Shown here: piece by piece, positions 18,838 to 33,479 of the stretch
Position numbering within the stretch: the first letter of the stretch is position 1
How the letters are laid out: every line of letters begins with the position of its first letter
Source of the DNA: Cycas panzhihuaensis
Taxonomy: Eukaryota; Plantae; Cycadophyta
Reading direction: 5' to 3'
DNA length: 64,000 nucleotides
NCBI GenBank assembly: GCA_023213395.1
Contig: CM041465.1
Span: forward strand, 245,899,741-245,963,740
Notes under the pieces: generated by a model
Database searches by the model: none
What the model was told of the DNA's origin: nothing
What the model saw: only the letters and a program-made list of their open reading frames with translations
Made by a program: the position numbers and the translations under genes

Positions 18838-18855
18838 TCCCTAGTATGATCATCA
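18838..18855 (-). promoter_or_regulatory. Degenerate PBS of B (tRNA-Arg-like)
   Basis: Minus strand tgatgatcatactaggga, 1 nt after the LTR CA. Differs from TGGCGAC..(G/A)CTGGGGA-type Tat/Ogre PBS mainly by transitions. Confidence 0.55.
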
Positions 18856-18856
18856 A

Positions 18857-20631
18857 TGGAAGCATGCCTATTGGGGGTCATTAAAGACAATTTACTCTAG
18901 ATATGTACTAAGGCCAATGAAGGTCTAAAAGTCTTGGGAAAGGTTAGATTACCCTCAAAGGGCATCTGTTAATTAGAATGTAGGTTTGGGGACCCACAAC
19001 CACGTGTTACCCTTCTTCCCTTACTTAGATAACTCTCTTGGTGAGAAATGGGGGAAGGAAAGCATCCTTGGGTTACTAAGTAGCCTAAATAAGGCTCTTC
19101 TATCCTTGGTGGAAGAGAAGATATGCTAAGCCTCCTTTTAAGAAAGGGAGATAGCAGAAGAGAAGTAAAATAGAGATAAGGTGACAAGCGACAACTTTAG
19201 AAGGTATGTTTAGAGCCTAAGGGGCTATCTTCAAGGGTTAAGGTTTTTTGTGTGAAGAGAAGAAGAATACATTGTTGTTGCAACTAACTCTTCTAATTAA
19301 GACTCCTTTTATTTCCCCAAAAATGGTAGTGAGGTTAAGGTGGTTCATATGTCACTCAAGAGATTACTCTTGAGGGGGTTAGGGTCTTAGGTGTCAAGAA
19401 AAGCAAAGGAGGATGTTGTTGTAACAAACCCCTCTTAACTAGTTTAAGTATTCTATTTATTTAAGTTTAGGCAAGTGATTAATGCCCTTTTATCCTTGAC
19501 AGAAGGGAGGGATGAGAAGCTTCCCTTCAGAAAGGGGAGAAAGAAGGAAGGAGTACTCCTTTTGGAAAGAAGGCAAAAAATGATGCGAAGGGGAAGAAAG
19601 AGTGATGGGGTTGGTGTAATTTATCTATTGACTTGCAGGGTTACCTCTAGAGGTTAGGGTTTCGGTGTTGAGATTGAAAAATCAAGGTAAAGTTGCAACC
19701 ATCCATTTATAACTTGGTTATAAATCCTTCTTGGGTTACAAGAAGAATCAAGGAGTGGGGTTAGAATGTGAAAAAAAGAGAGTAACTAGAGAATGTCATA
19801 ACCATCTAGTTGTGACTAGGTTGTAAATTCTTCTTGTATTGTAACAAGAATAGAAAGGTTTCTCAAGATTATGTTCTCATTTTTGTTTTATTAAGATGAA
19901 GTTTGGTTTTATGCAAAAATAATCATTACAAAAAATATACAAAACTATAACAAGCATGTAAGTAAATAAGCATACAAGTAAATGTGCAACTTTCCCCTTT
20001 TACACTCCCTCACTCTCCTTTACTTCTAAATGAATACAATGTGGCTAGAATGTGTGATAGGGAGAAGTAGAAAAGCGTAGTACAAAGTGTTACTTGTGGG
20101 TATACCTCCATTTTGGTAGGAGAGGGATTATCTTCCTTTAAATGATTAGGGTTTTAGTCACTATTTGTAATGCAAATACAAATGATATGGTATGTCACTT
20201 ATTATGTTCTTTTCCTTTTCCCTTTAAAACATGCAAGCTAATGCTTTATGTGATCAAGAAAAATTTTATGACACTTTCCTTTTGACCAGTTTGTAAACCA
20301 AATAGGCAAAGGGAAAGAAAGGGAGGAGGAATAAGTGAGAGGAAGTGTACCTGGTTATAGAGTTTAATGCCATTCTTTGTTGCATCCCTTATTGCTACTC
20401 CTCGCGATGCGCTCCTGCAAGTTGCCAATGTTGCTAGAAGTAGTAGTGCTTCCTTACCTTCCCCAAATTACTCAACAGAAATAAAAGGGAATAAGAAATG
20501 GAATTGTAACCAAAACTTGAAACAAAAGATGATATTACCTCCTTGGGAAGTGTTGCCTTGCTTGAGAGGGAAATTGCTTCCACTTATGCTATGAAGACAA
20601 GTAAGCTTCTGCAAGTAACTAATATATGCAT

Positions 20632-20699
<68 letters not shown>

Positions 20700-22487
20700 C
20701 GACCAATGAGTGAATGTTTGGATATTTATTTTACCATGCAATGACGGAATAAAAATGAAAATAGTGCTTTTGCTAACTAGATCAACATGTAACTATAAGA
20801 GGAAACAAAGGGTGAAAAGGAGTAGGGGTATTCCCTCATGTGGTAGTATTTCCCAAATGGTGGTGGGAAACTCACGTTTAGGCAGTGGCTTAGTCTAATA
20901 TTTTGAGGCAGAAATGGGATGTAGAATCTCAAGGATGGGTGGCAAGTTTCCCAACCAAAATGTCATACTAGTATGGTAGTGTATGGAAGAATTCCTTATA
21001 GCTTCAAGAGGGGATTGTCCTAGTGGAAGGAGGCCCTTAGAGTTAGAACTTAGGCCTAGTATCCTTCCTATAAGCTCCCTTAGCCAGCCAAAGCTTTCCA
21101 CGTACCTATACTAATGGTTTTGGGTGGTGATACATAGGTTTGGTTGTAAGGACGTGTTTCCTCCAAGGTTCACCTTGCAAAGTGTGGATATATTGCTTCC
21201 AAATTGAGACACAAGCCAAAAATGTAATAAATAATGAAGAAATAAGGTGGAACAATGATGTTTTCAAGTGAAAATGACCTAAAGTTGGGCTTACCAACTT
21301 AGGAGAGGAAGGTGATGATGAAAACTTAAGGTTTCTATTGTTGGAGAAATCTTTGAGGGGTTAAATCCTTGAATTTTGATGAAGAGCAACATCCCCTTAG
21401 CTATAGTAGTGTCTTGAAGAGATCCTCCTGCTCCTTGAGTGTTAATTTCTCTTCTACTGGCTTACCGAAGTGTTATTTCTCTGCTAGTTCTATACTAGAA
21501 TGATGAGAGATTATGTGTTTTCTATTTTTTGAGAGAAGAAGAGAGCTTGAGAGAGTGTAGAATTCATAGATAGATCCCAAAATGAATTCAAATTTTAATT
21601 TTTATTAGGTTGGTGAGGTCTCGAGACTGTTAGGCCTTGATCGAGGTTGGTCCTAAGGCAGGATCTGATGTGAAGGAGTAATTAATACAAGAAAGTAGTC
21701 ATTTCTAACCATAGCTAACTGTATAACAGTTGCCCATGAAAATGTTTGTGGCATCACTAATATATTTATAGTGCCACAAATATATTAGTAGGGTAAAAAT
21801 ATCAGGGCAAGGCTGATAACGTTTAGGGTGGGGCTACAATAGAATCCCAAAATTAATAAAAAAAAATAAAAACACTATAAATTTCAACAGAAACTAAGAG
21901 AAAAAGGGGGAGGGATAGTCGCAAGGCTTTATGCTCCCCTTAGAAAGTCAAAACAGCCTAGGTAATACTGATTAGAGGCCTTTCGAAAGGTAGAAACATT
22001 AATGAAAGTGATGCAAAGTAAGTTAATACCCTAAGGAATGGTATCAGGAGGTGAGGACCATAAGAAATAGGCACACAAGTCTCATGTAGGATAAGAAAAG
22101 AGGGCACATCTTTCCATAAGGGGGCCCAATGACTCTTCTTAGTAGACTAAGGAATGAGTGGGGGTAGAATGGAAGGGGAAGATGCGACCAAATGAGTATG
22201 AAATAAATTAAAGAGAATGTGAATTAGGCTATAGAAGCCCATGAGTGTTTATAACCAGGGGAAAATCACTGTGGGAGCTATTATGCCATTGGACTGGAGT
22301 CCTAGTCATCATAGGAAATAAGCCATACATAAGCAAGAGGTTACGAAGGAAATCCAAGTAGCCAGATGATCATACATGATATATCTCAATAGTCATAAAA
22401 TGTAAATAAAGTGAAAGGGAAAGAATATGTATACTTGACCTTACCTATGTGGTGTTGTCCTAATCCATTCCCAGAAGCCAAGAAACA
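18857..22487 (-). repeat. Element B 5' LTR (~3.6 kb)
   Basis: tg...ca termini; homologous to 1705-6765; short TA/TACA tract at 20622-20700. Confidence 0.92.
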
Positions 22488-22633
22488 TCATCCTTCTTTC
22501 TAATTTGAAGTTTTCCCATTCTTCCATTTCATTGTGTTAATATATACATAATTCATCCTTATTATGCCTTATTTCTTTATCATTCGCTCACCCATTTTAT
22601 TTATTTTATTCATAATTGATTTATATTCTAACA
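22488..22633 (+). repeat. Element A 5' LTR, second part
   Basis: Matches 31816-31961; ends ttctaaca. Confidence 0.9.
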
Positions 22634-22646
22634 TGGTATTAGAGCC
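22634..22646 (+). promoter_or_regulatory. PBS (tRNA-iMet) of A
   Basis: tggtattagagcc vs TGGTATCAGAGCC. Confidence 0.9.
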
Positions 22647-22837
22647 CAAGGTTTGAATCATTAAGGGCAATGTTTTAGAGCTTGTTTGTTCATCTTTTAG
22701 AGCCACTTGAATGCTATTTGATGAACCTATTCTATGCTTAATTAGTGATCTTTTCCTTTTGGTCCATTTAAAGGAGTTTTTTGAGATATTTAAAGCTATA
22801 TTTTATTTCATTTTATGCATATGTTTGGGATAATTCT

Positions 22838-25800
22838 TGTTCAGGAACATGAAATCATACAGGTATGTTCTCATCCGTATAATCTTTAACCATACACAGT
22901 AAGCAAGTAAAAATACACACAAAATATAGATGTATAATACATAAGATTTATGTGGGAAAACCCTTTCAGGAAAAAACCTATCACAAAAGATCCTTATGAA
23001 TCATATTTATTATTTCACAATGATTTGATACATTGAATACATAAGGGCTTAAGGCTTTTATATTCTTCCAAGAGATGTTACCCGATTAGGGTTGTAACCC
23101 TCCAAATATCTCGTACATTTTCAGTTAATTGTCTTAGTTAAACTATATTAATATTAAGTTAATGTCTTAATAAATAATTTCCATATTAACATCCCCCCTT
23201 AATATGAATGTGGGGAACCTACAACTTATAGTAGTTGTGTTATCACGAAGGCTATGATTATCTTGTAGCTTATTTATCCTTGTCGATACATCCCTCCTCA
23301 AGGATAACATCAGTGAGTCCTAATCCAGTACGCATCTTTGTGAATTGATCTTCAGTGAGTGGATTGGTAAACATATCCATAAGCTAGAATTCATTGGGAT
23401 AGTAGTCAACCTACAACTTCCTTGACTTGATCTATTCAACGATGTAGTAGTACTAAATCTCGATATGCTTTATACACACATGAAACTTTGGATTTTTTGA
23501 TAGACAAATGGTACTCTGATTATCAACAAAGATAATTAGAAACTATAAGAGACCTTGCAACCATACAACTTCCTTCACACCAACACTAAGTCCTTGATAT
23601 TTAACCTCTATGGAAGATAATACCACTATTTACTACTTCTTTGACTACCATGAAATAAATCCATTACTAACACAAAATATATATCTAGTAGTGGATTTCT
23701 GATCGTTAAAGTCTCCTCCCTAATCAACATCTATGTAGCCATACAACCTTATCTCCTCACCTTGATGGTATTCAAAACCAAGATTGATTGTCTCTTTTAG
23801 ATATTTTAGAATCTACTTCGCTACAACTAGATGAGACTCCTAAGGATTTTACATGTAGCAAGAAACCAATCTAATAGTGTAGGCAATATCTGCCATGGTA
23901 TGATTCAAGTAGATCAAACTCCCTACCAACTAGCGATAATTCATTCCATCTATAGAGGGTTTGCCCATATCCTTCCACAATCTTGCACCCTTGACATATG
24001 GTGTTATAACAGGTTTATAATTCTACATCCCAAACTTTTCCAGTAAGTTCTTCATATACTATGATTACAACAACATTATTATCATCCATTTGCCTGATTT
24101 GAATGCCCAAGAAATAGTGAAGTCTCTTGAGATCTATCATGTCAAAAGAAACCCCAAAATTAGACTTGACTTCTGCTATAGTCTTTTCATAGTTACCACT
24201 GATGATTAAATCATTCACATACACCACATAAGTAACTATTAAAGTCCCCTTCCTTTTCATATATAAATTCAAGTCAAGTTTAAGAATCTTGAAACCTTCA
24301 ACTTTTAACTTAGCATCCATCTTCTATGGGGTTCTTATTTTAGGCCATAGATTGATTTCTTTAATTGGCAAACAAGATGTTCCTAGCCTTCCTTAGCAAA
24401 TCCTAGAGGTTGCGATATATATATCTCCTCCTTTAGATCACTATTAAGGAAAGTGGACTTGGCGTCCATCTGGTGTAACTCCCAACTGTAAGTAACTACT
24501 AAGAAAATGATCAAATGGACCATTGTCATTCTGGAGACTATTACAAATGTCTCTTTATAGTCAATTCCTTCTTTTTGCTTGAAACCCTAAGTGATAAGTC
24601 TAGCCTTGTATTTGTCCACCTCTCTATTGGTGTGAAACTTTGTCTTATAGACCCACTTGTATCCAACAAAGTTCTTTGTTAGAGGGAGTGGAACCAAATC
24701 TCATATATTGCTCTTCATCAAGGAACTATAATCTTCCTCCATTACAACTCTCCATCTTGGATCTCCTTTCATCTCATCAAATGAATCAAGATCATTAGAG
24801 TTATTGGTGTCTACTATAAGAGTTTGACTAGCATGCTAATTTCTTATTCTTCTGTCATCAGTCAGGATATGCGTTTCCACATTAGAATTTTTAATAGACT
24901 TCCTTGCCTATAAATGTATAGAAAGACCTATTATTTGAGGTACTTCTTCTCATGATGGCTTCTTACTATTACTCATCCCACTTGGTTCTACTTCCTCATG
25001 AATTCCAATGACCGGCTCATCATCCTCTTTGCCTAATGAATTTGGGAATAGTAGTAGGGGGTAAAAAGGATCTTCTAATGATCTATTATCATGACATGTT
25101 GATGACTCATCAAATTTTATATCATGACTAACCACAATCTTCTTCCCTTATGGATCCCCTAGTCTATAAGCTTTATTTTAATCATTATATCCCATGAATA
25201 CACACTTTAAACTCTTCTGATCTAATTTCTTGTGACTATCATCTGAGATGTGGGCATATCTAATACACCAAAAAGTTCTCAAATGGCTAATGATAAGCTT
25301 CTGACTGGTCCATTTCTCTTCAGAGGTTATACTACAAACTGCCTAAGTAGGTGCCCTATTCAAAATATAAATAGTAGTTGCCACAGCTTCTGCCCAAAAC
25401 ATCAGTGGTAGGTTTCTAGCATGCTCCATACACCTCGCCATCTCTATCATGGTACAATTCTTTTATTTAGTAACTCCATTCTATTGTGGGATATACATGG
25501 TTGTAAATTCCCACTTTATACCATGATTATGGTAGAATTTATTAAATGCATGATTGTTGTATTCCTTGCCATTATCCCTTCTTAATGACTTAATCTTCTT
25601 ATCAAATTCATTTTCCACCATTACTTTCTAGTCACGAAAGTGATCAAATATGTTTGACTTATTTTTGAGAAAGTAAACATAGGCCTTCCTCATGTAATCA
25701 TCTACAAACATAAGGGTGTAACAAGCTCTTAATATCAAAGGGTTTGGGAAAGGACCCATTATATCTGAATACACAAGCTCCAACTTCTCCTTGGATCTTT

Positions 25801-28800
25801 GGGTATTATCCTGAGTAAAAGGATATCAGTGATGCTTGCCATACATACACCCTTCATAGACACCATCTAAGTAAGAAACTGATGGAAATCCTTCTACCAT
25901 CTTCAACCTCTTCAGTAGTGTAATGCTCCTATAGTTAAGGTTTCTTAGGTGATTATGCCAAAGTCTACTAATATCATCAGCGCCGGTGATAAAGTCATAA
26001 GACTTGTTCTAAGATTAAAAATTTTCAAACACCCAAAACTTTTCTTTAACATTTCTAGTAGCAATAATATAGAAGTTCTACTTCAGATCTTTAATCAGGT
26101 ATTTATCATTGTAAAGCTCCACCTTCATACCTTATTTGCAAATTTCCTAGGCTGAAAGAAGGTTCAACTACATCTTAGGTGCATAGTATACCTCGATAAA
26201 GTTACCACCTATAATGGATACTTTGTCGATACCTTCCACTGGTAATACACAAGCATCTCTAAGGATAATTTTCACACCACTATGATTTTTGTTCACCGTA
26301 TCAAAGTTATGCTTCTAGTAAGAGATATGCTTCTATACTCTAGAGTTAAGCACCTAATAATCTCTTTGATCTGACTTGATTGGTAAGATTTTTGCTCAGA
26401 TATAATGAGCAACAACACTCTTTCCTTTATCATCTTGGCTAATTTTTCACTTGTCATGTCTCTTAAACCAATAGTTCTTCTCTCTCTGACCATCCTTCTT
26501 GTAATAATTGTATTTTCCATTGAACTTCTTCTTCTCTTGTGAACTTTCTTCAGACCTCTATGTGATCTTCTCCTCCTTAGCAGCCTCCTTCCTTTAAGTC
26601 TTCATGGCTAGGGCCTAACTTGATTAAGAACCTCTAAGCATACCATGATGTTTTAGCTTGCATCCTCAACTAGAATTAGGTTTTTAAGCCTATCAAATCT
26701 CTCTATCTCCATCACCTTATCTCTACCATAAATAGTTTGAAAAATGGTAAATATAGCTAGTAGCTTTAACATGATTATTGTAAACAATAATGCATCATCA
26801 ATCAAATTCTACTTTAGTTCTTTTAGCTTATTCTTCAAGTCTATGATCTTACTCAAGTAGAAGCTAATGTTGTTCTCATCTTCCACATGCAAATTGAGTA
26901 ACTCTAACATTAGAGGAAGACATTTATTCATCTTCCTCTTTTTAAAGGTTTCACATAATTTTGTCTAGATTTTATTTGGTTCTTCTAGATTGTGAACCAA
27001 GGCTCTCTGGTCTGATTCTAGTGATGGTTTCAACAGTCCCATAGCCATAAATTTCTTCTCTTTAAGACAAACTCACTCTTTATGGTCTAATGGAATCACA
27101 TTCACCTTAGTCTTAGTGATACCCTAGAGTTGATTCACCATTAAAATAAGCTCCATATTGGCCTTCCACTCATTGAAATTATTACCATTAAAGATAACTT
27201 TGGGCATAATATGATCCATCTCGAGAAACATGCTTTAATACGTGTCAAACAACACTAAAATGATTGTCACCTGGATAAAAATGTACCATTGTGGTTTCCT
27301 TTGGCTTAGGGGCACACTTTAGGGGATGCCAAACATTAACTATACATATGTTAAGCTAGTTATCAACTGTTCTCCCTTAAAAAATGGCCACATGCCCTTA
27401 AATGAACTTAAGAGTCTAAGAAACAACCCTTAATTCACTTAGAAAAGTGCTCTAAGAACTAATGATGACATCACACAACTATAATGCATAGTCTCTAAGT
27501 TAAAAAATAAAAAAATCTCCTTGCTCCACGCTCAAATGGCTCAAGAATTCTCTAAATATACTTAGATTACTTCATAAAAGGAAAAATATATCATGTATCA
27601 ATGGTTTAAGGGTCCTTTATAAAGTTATATTATAGGAGGAATATGCCAAAAGGTATATTCTAAAAAGTGTGACTTTTAGTAGATTCTTATTCATTCGTTA
27701 CTTAACCCATGTGCTTAAATCACTCACATATGAGATTTAATCAACATAAAGTCCAAACTTTAGGCAAAGACAAAATTGAATTAATATACAGAGTCTCCAT
27801 GGGATTTGTAGTAGTTGAATAGAGAGAGATAGCAGTGGACTTATGTGCATCACAAATAGACTAGCGCACATATATGTAGGTCTCTATGCACCCATATCAC
27901 TGGTAAATAGCTTAAATGTTATCCAACTATCTTTATGTACACTCATTCAACACTATTAAGCACCCAACCAACACAAAAAAGTTCCCAACCACCTCTAAAC
28001 ATGTAGGTATGGGCTAGGTTTATGTATACAACTGAGATAAGGGGGCCTTTCTCACATATAATGGTACTACAACTTAAAGTTTAGGTATAGCTTGCTAAAT
28101 AACAATTCAGACACCTATATATTTAGTCCAGTCTCAGTATAAAGGGTAAGAAACACTCCAAACAAGGCTCTAATCTCTCCTTTATATAAATAAGGCAAAT
28201 TTAATAATAGTAATAGCTTGTTTTCTTTGAATTTTATAGTGTTTTTGATGAGTAAAGAACTGACTTATATGTATACATAGATGGCTATCCTAACTGTCAT
28301 TGAATCACCATCAGTACATGTTCCACTGGCTTGAATCACCACTACAGATCATCAACCTACTCTAGATGGCCCCACACGAGCTAACTCATACCACATATGT
28401 GGCCTTCACATCTCGTTATTGACTCTAATAGACCCTTATGCTTTGTTAATTGATGATTTTCACTACCTCAACCACCACTAATAGTTGTGCCTGATTTTTA
28501 TAAGTTGCTAGAGTTGATGGACCCTTAAGAAAAGTCCCAGGTTTAATGGCTTCACCCAATAACCAATGATCTCACCGCTTTGCTGAATGTTAGGATTCAA
28601 CTGTGTAGGACCCTATAGCTCTAATACCATGCTTGCGAAGAAATTATATAAGCATGTTCCCATCCATAGAATCTTTAACCATACACAACAAACAAACAAA
28701 AATACACACATAATAGATATGAATGGTACATAAGATTTATGTGGGAAAACCCTTTCGAGAAAAAACCCCACTACAAAAGATCCTTTTGGATCACATTGAT

Positions 28801-28981
28801 TATTTCACAATGATTTGATACATTGAATATACAAGGGCTCAAGGATTTTATATTCTTCCAAGAAGTGTTGCTCGATTAGGGTTGTAACCCTTCAAATATC
28901 TCACACCTTTTTGCTTAATCACCTTAGTTAAACCATATGAACATTAACTTAGTGGCTCAATAAATAACTGTCATGTTAACA
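22838..28981 (-). mobile_element. Element C: full-length degenerate Ty1/Copia, same family as E
   Basis: LTRs at 22838-23191 and 28630-28981. PPT tcccccctt at 23192. PBS gctctaatacca at 28618-28629. TSD attct/gttct. Confidence 0.93.
23310..27219 (-). pseudogene. Copia gag-pol of C (GAG-PR-INT-RT-RH)
   Basis: ORF fragments MVSHDIKFDESS (post-INT) and YVVYVNDLIISG..MIDLKRLHYFLGIQI (RT); colinear with E; multiple stops. Confidence 0.9.
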
Positions 28982-31644
28982 GTTCTTTACTATCTTTTGG
29001 GATATACTTGGGGCTATTTTATTACTATTTTTTAGTTATTTTAAGGGGTTATCTTGATATTATTATGAGACTATTTGAAGCTTGGTTAAAGCTATTAAAA
29101 AGTAATTTTTTAAATCTTTTTAAAAGGTTGTTTGAAGCCTATTTAGAGCTATTGTTAATGGCCATTTTAAAGCTTATTTTAGAGTAATTTAATGCTATAA
29201 TGGAGAGGTTTTATGAAGGACCAAAAGGTAAATTTATGTGCCTTTTATGATGTTTTATTTTTTTTGTTGCTTATGGGCCCATTTAAAGCATGCAAGTTCT
29301 TTATTTGAAGGCACAAAATATGATTTTTGGAGTAGTTCTGATTTTTTTTAAAGAAACATATAGAAAATAAAGAAAAAGAGATTTTTTTTATAGCATTTTA
29401 GCCTTAATCTAGAGGCCTTTATAGGTGTCTTATCATAAAGATGTATTACTAGATTTGAAGCCATCAAAATATTTGATCTAATATCTTAGTTACACACTAT
29501 TTTATTTAAAAAATAGGGGGGGAATAAAATAGGTGAATATAATTACAGAAATGGATGAAGAACAAATCACCCTTGGCATGTTGTCTACAAGGAATTAAAG
29601 AGCTCCCTAGCTACTGTAGCTCTCATATCTTGGTCTAGTCCAAATGAGTTCATATTTATCAATGTAAATATCATCCTATTGGATTAAATGAGAATGCTAA
29701 TATTATGAGATTGTCTACATGAAAGCATCCTTGTTTTAAGTTGCCTTTTAGTTAAGTTGAACAATCACTTATGCTTTTAATAGATATTGAAGTGACTCCC
29801 ATAATGATTCCTTACTCTCTCATCCCATTGACTTTCTACTAAGGAGATGTATATTAAGAAGTTTATGGAACATTCCCTAGGTAGATACACTCAAGCCACT
29901 ATAATTTCCACATGGAGATCATATTATATGAGAGTAGGTCAAGAAAAAGCTATAACCAAAGATGATTCATCTAGTAATATGTGAGTAAGTCAATATTAGG
30001 TACAAGACTTTCTACTCGAATGATGTATAATAACAATGTAAAATATACACTAATTGGAGGTTATAATCTTTTAAATCGATAGTGGACTTTGATGATCAAC
30101 ATATAGATATTTAGGTAAATGAAGGTGTAGTTGAACATACAATGAATCACCCTATAGGAACTACTGCCATCAAGCCAACCATCATTATGAATAACCTAGC
30201 AATGATGAAGCATCATCCAAGAAAGTCATCCTTGCACAATAATGCTCACAAATCTAAGGGCAAGATGCTATAGTAGAAGAGACAAAGGTAAAAACTATAG
30301 GTACATCACCTTGGTATAGAGGCAAATGAACAGATAACCAAGGAAGATGGACAATGCAGTGAATGAGCTACCCCTTATCATCATCGCTACATCAAGCCAC
30401 TATTATTCAAGAAGATGAACAGAGAAAAGGGTAAAAATCCTAGATAGGGTTATATATTAAAGAAAAGAAAGTTTGGTAATTTGATATGATGATAAAATTT
30501 TAAAGTTTATTTAAAAATTTAATTGTATTTGATAGTTCTTTAAAATCTAATGGATATTAAAAGAAAATATTAAGCAAATCATTAAGTTTTTATAAAGTAA
30601 AAAGCTATATATCATATTTGATAAGATTTCTAGATCTACTTAACCCCCTTTACTTCAGCCCCTACTCACATGGAGCTATCCACATATTCTTAGCTCACTA
30701 GTGAAAGGGGTTAAGCCCCTAATTTTTAAATTTTAAGGAGTTATTATTGCCTTTTTACCCATAATTTGAACATATAGATTCTATTTTTCTCGTTAGTTAA
30801 ATTAGGTTTGTAATCGAGAGAGGTTCATTTTAGTAGGTTATTTAACATTATTTGGGACAAATATTTTAACTCTTTTTTTTTTTTTTTAAATTAAAGCTTC
30901 ACTTTTCATCATTTGTTTAGTATTTCTAGGCATATATATGTGTTTTCTAAGGTTCCATATCATTTATTATATATTTTATTGACATATTGTACCCCAAATA
31001 TGGGGTAACATGTATAATTTATTATAAAGACTTATTTTAAGCTCTAGAGAACCCATATTTATTAAAAAATCATTCAAATTTATCATTTAAGAGAGTTATC
31101 TACATTGTATTTGAGTTACATCTATCTTTCAGTCATAGTTATGACATTTATTACTAGATATTATAGCTCATTGAAGCCATTGTAAACCCATAGTGTCATG
31201 TTATAACCCATAAAGCATGATTTGTAGCTCATAGTGGTAAATTTAAGGTTATAGTGCCATTGTAAGGCCTTGAATCCATTTTTTTCTAATAATTGTAGTT
31301 GAAGAAGCTACTTGTATTATCCCATATAGGCAAGATATGGGATCCTCTTTTCAACTACTCTTACATATTTCTTCATTAGCTCACAGCCACATAAGACAAC
31401 ATGTTCCCAAGGTGGAGTTGAGTTAACATTGATTGCAGCACATACACAATTGAATATATTAGCTAATTAGTGGTCACAATGATTGGTTACCTATGTGGTC
31501 CAATGGATGGAGTTTGCTTCATATAGATGTCAACAATAGATTATCTTATTGTAGTAACTTATGTTTCAACATTTATTTAAAAACTCAACAATTATCATTT
31601 GATATGATATTTTATTTTATGTAATTGTCTATTACAATGGGAGA

Positions 31645-31961
31645 TGTTGGGTGTAATACTCAATTATATAATTATCCCCATTCACATACTCTCTAGATTA
31701 TTTTGTATGTTATATTTGAGATCTACTTGAGTTGTGTGAAATATGTGCTAGCCTATAACAAGTTAACTAATGAAGTTTCTCACACATGTGGTGAGTTATA
31801 CTATAAGTACGTATATCATCCTTCTTTCTAATTTTAGCTTTGACCATTCTCTTATTTCATTGTGTTAACATGTACATGATTTATCCCCATTATGCCTTAT
31901 TACTTTATCATCCACTCACATATTTCATTCATTATATTCATAGTTGATTTATATTCTAATA
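31645..31961 (+). repeat. Element A 3' LTR (317 bp)
   Basis: tgttggg...ttctaata followed by TSD gaact. Confidence 0.9.
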
Positions 31962-31966
31962 GAACT

Positions 31967-33065
31967 TAAGCCTCTAATAAGTACATTTATTGAGAAGCAA
32001 TATTTGAAGTTCGCTATTTATCATCATAAATCCATTAATTGTTATGTGTATATTACAACTCCTCTAAAGAAATTATTTTGTTAATAGACAATTAAGAGAG
32101 CTTTTAATTCTTGAGGGAGTAACTTGTGGCTTCTCTTATTTTATAGTTCCCTAATAGGAGTAATATATTTCATGTTTATGTTGATGATTAAGTATGGTAA
32201 TTAAGATAGTTTTTGTGTTTTAATATAAAGGGTTCATTAATCATCCTATTATTATTTTGAGTCAAAGCGTTGTATAGTCAAAAGTAAATTATATGACCAT
32301 AGAATAGTGTATGCTTTTTAAAAGTTTAAATATTATTTATTAATTAACTTTTCCTATTTTTATATTAACCCCTAAGCTTGAATGTATATAGTTATCTAGC
32401 ATATTTCATAAGGGAGAATTTTAAGGATTTCTATTTGCAAATTTGTATAGCTCAGTTGAATGACATGTCAAATAATTTATTAAGAGTTGATATAGGTAAA
32501 GAGAATATAGGGATAAGTGATGAGTTTCTAGTTGTTTGGTTATCCAAGATCAATTCAGTGTTAGATGACTTATTATTGGTTGTAGAATATTTAAGTAAAT
32601 TTTAAATTCCATCATACTTATCAAATAAAGAAAGGAAATGGTTGGTTGTTAAAGTTTCTAATTTTAATCAATTGGTGATGAACTATATATATTGGGAGAT
32701 GATTTGTTTCTATGTAGGTGTCTATTTAAACATGAAGGTCTAACAATCTCATAAGAGGTTCTTCAAGAAACTATAGGAAGACATATGATTTAAAAATTTA
32801 GCATTTAAAATTCTATAGTTTGGGTTTTTTTGGTTGACCACCTTAGAAGATGTTTATTAATGGTTGGAAAAAAACTATGATATTTATTATTAGGGGGATC
32901 AACTAACTTAGGGTGATTACATACCACTCATTCATGTTTTAGAATTTACATCATTCATGGAGTAGAGAATTAAATTTTTTTGGTCCAATTAGTCTATCTA
33001 TAATTAGAGTAGATGCTTGGTATATTTTAATGGTAGCTATGTCTCTAAGTAAGTTGAAACATTAT
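31967..33065 (+). pseudogene. Gypsy RH/integrase relic, continuation of 950-1524
   Basis: Resumes after the A TSD, with decayed RH and integrase-zinc-finger-region traces (e.g. FFWLTTLEDVY at ~32825). Very degenerate. Confidence 0.5.
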
Positions 33066-33100
33066 TCACATAAGATAATGAGCTAAATTTATAAAAGGAG

Positions 33101-33302
<202 letters not shown>

Positions 33303-33479
33303 CAAAGAAAGAAATACAATCAATAAGTTCATTTTATCTTAAAGGGTGCAAACTCTAAAACTAATTAAAATTATTAAATTAAAAAATCTGATGATGACAA
33401 CTTTGTTATCCATCATAATTTAAATATCAATATCATATGGTGAATGAATATGTCAACTCCTTGGGGTTTGTAGGTCCAT

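Noticed and set aside
22634-22665. tRNA gene
   Set aside because: Only 12-13 nt of clear PBS complementarity to tRNA-iMet; no cloverleaf.
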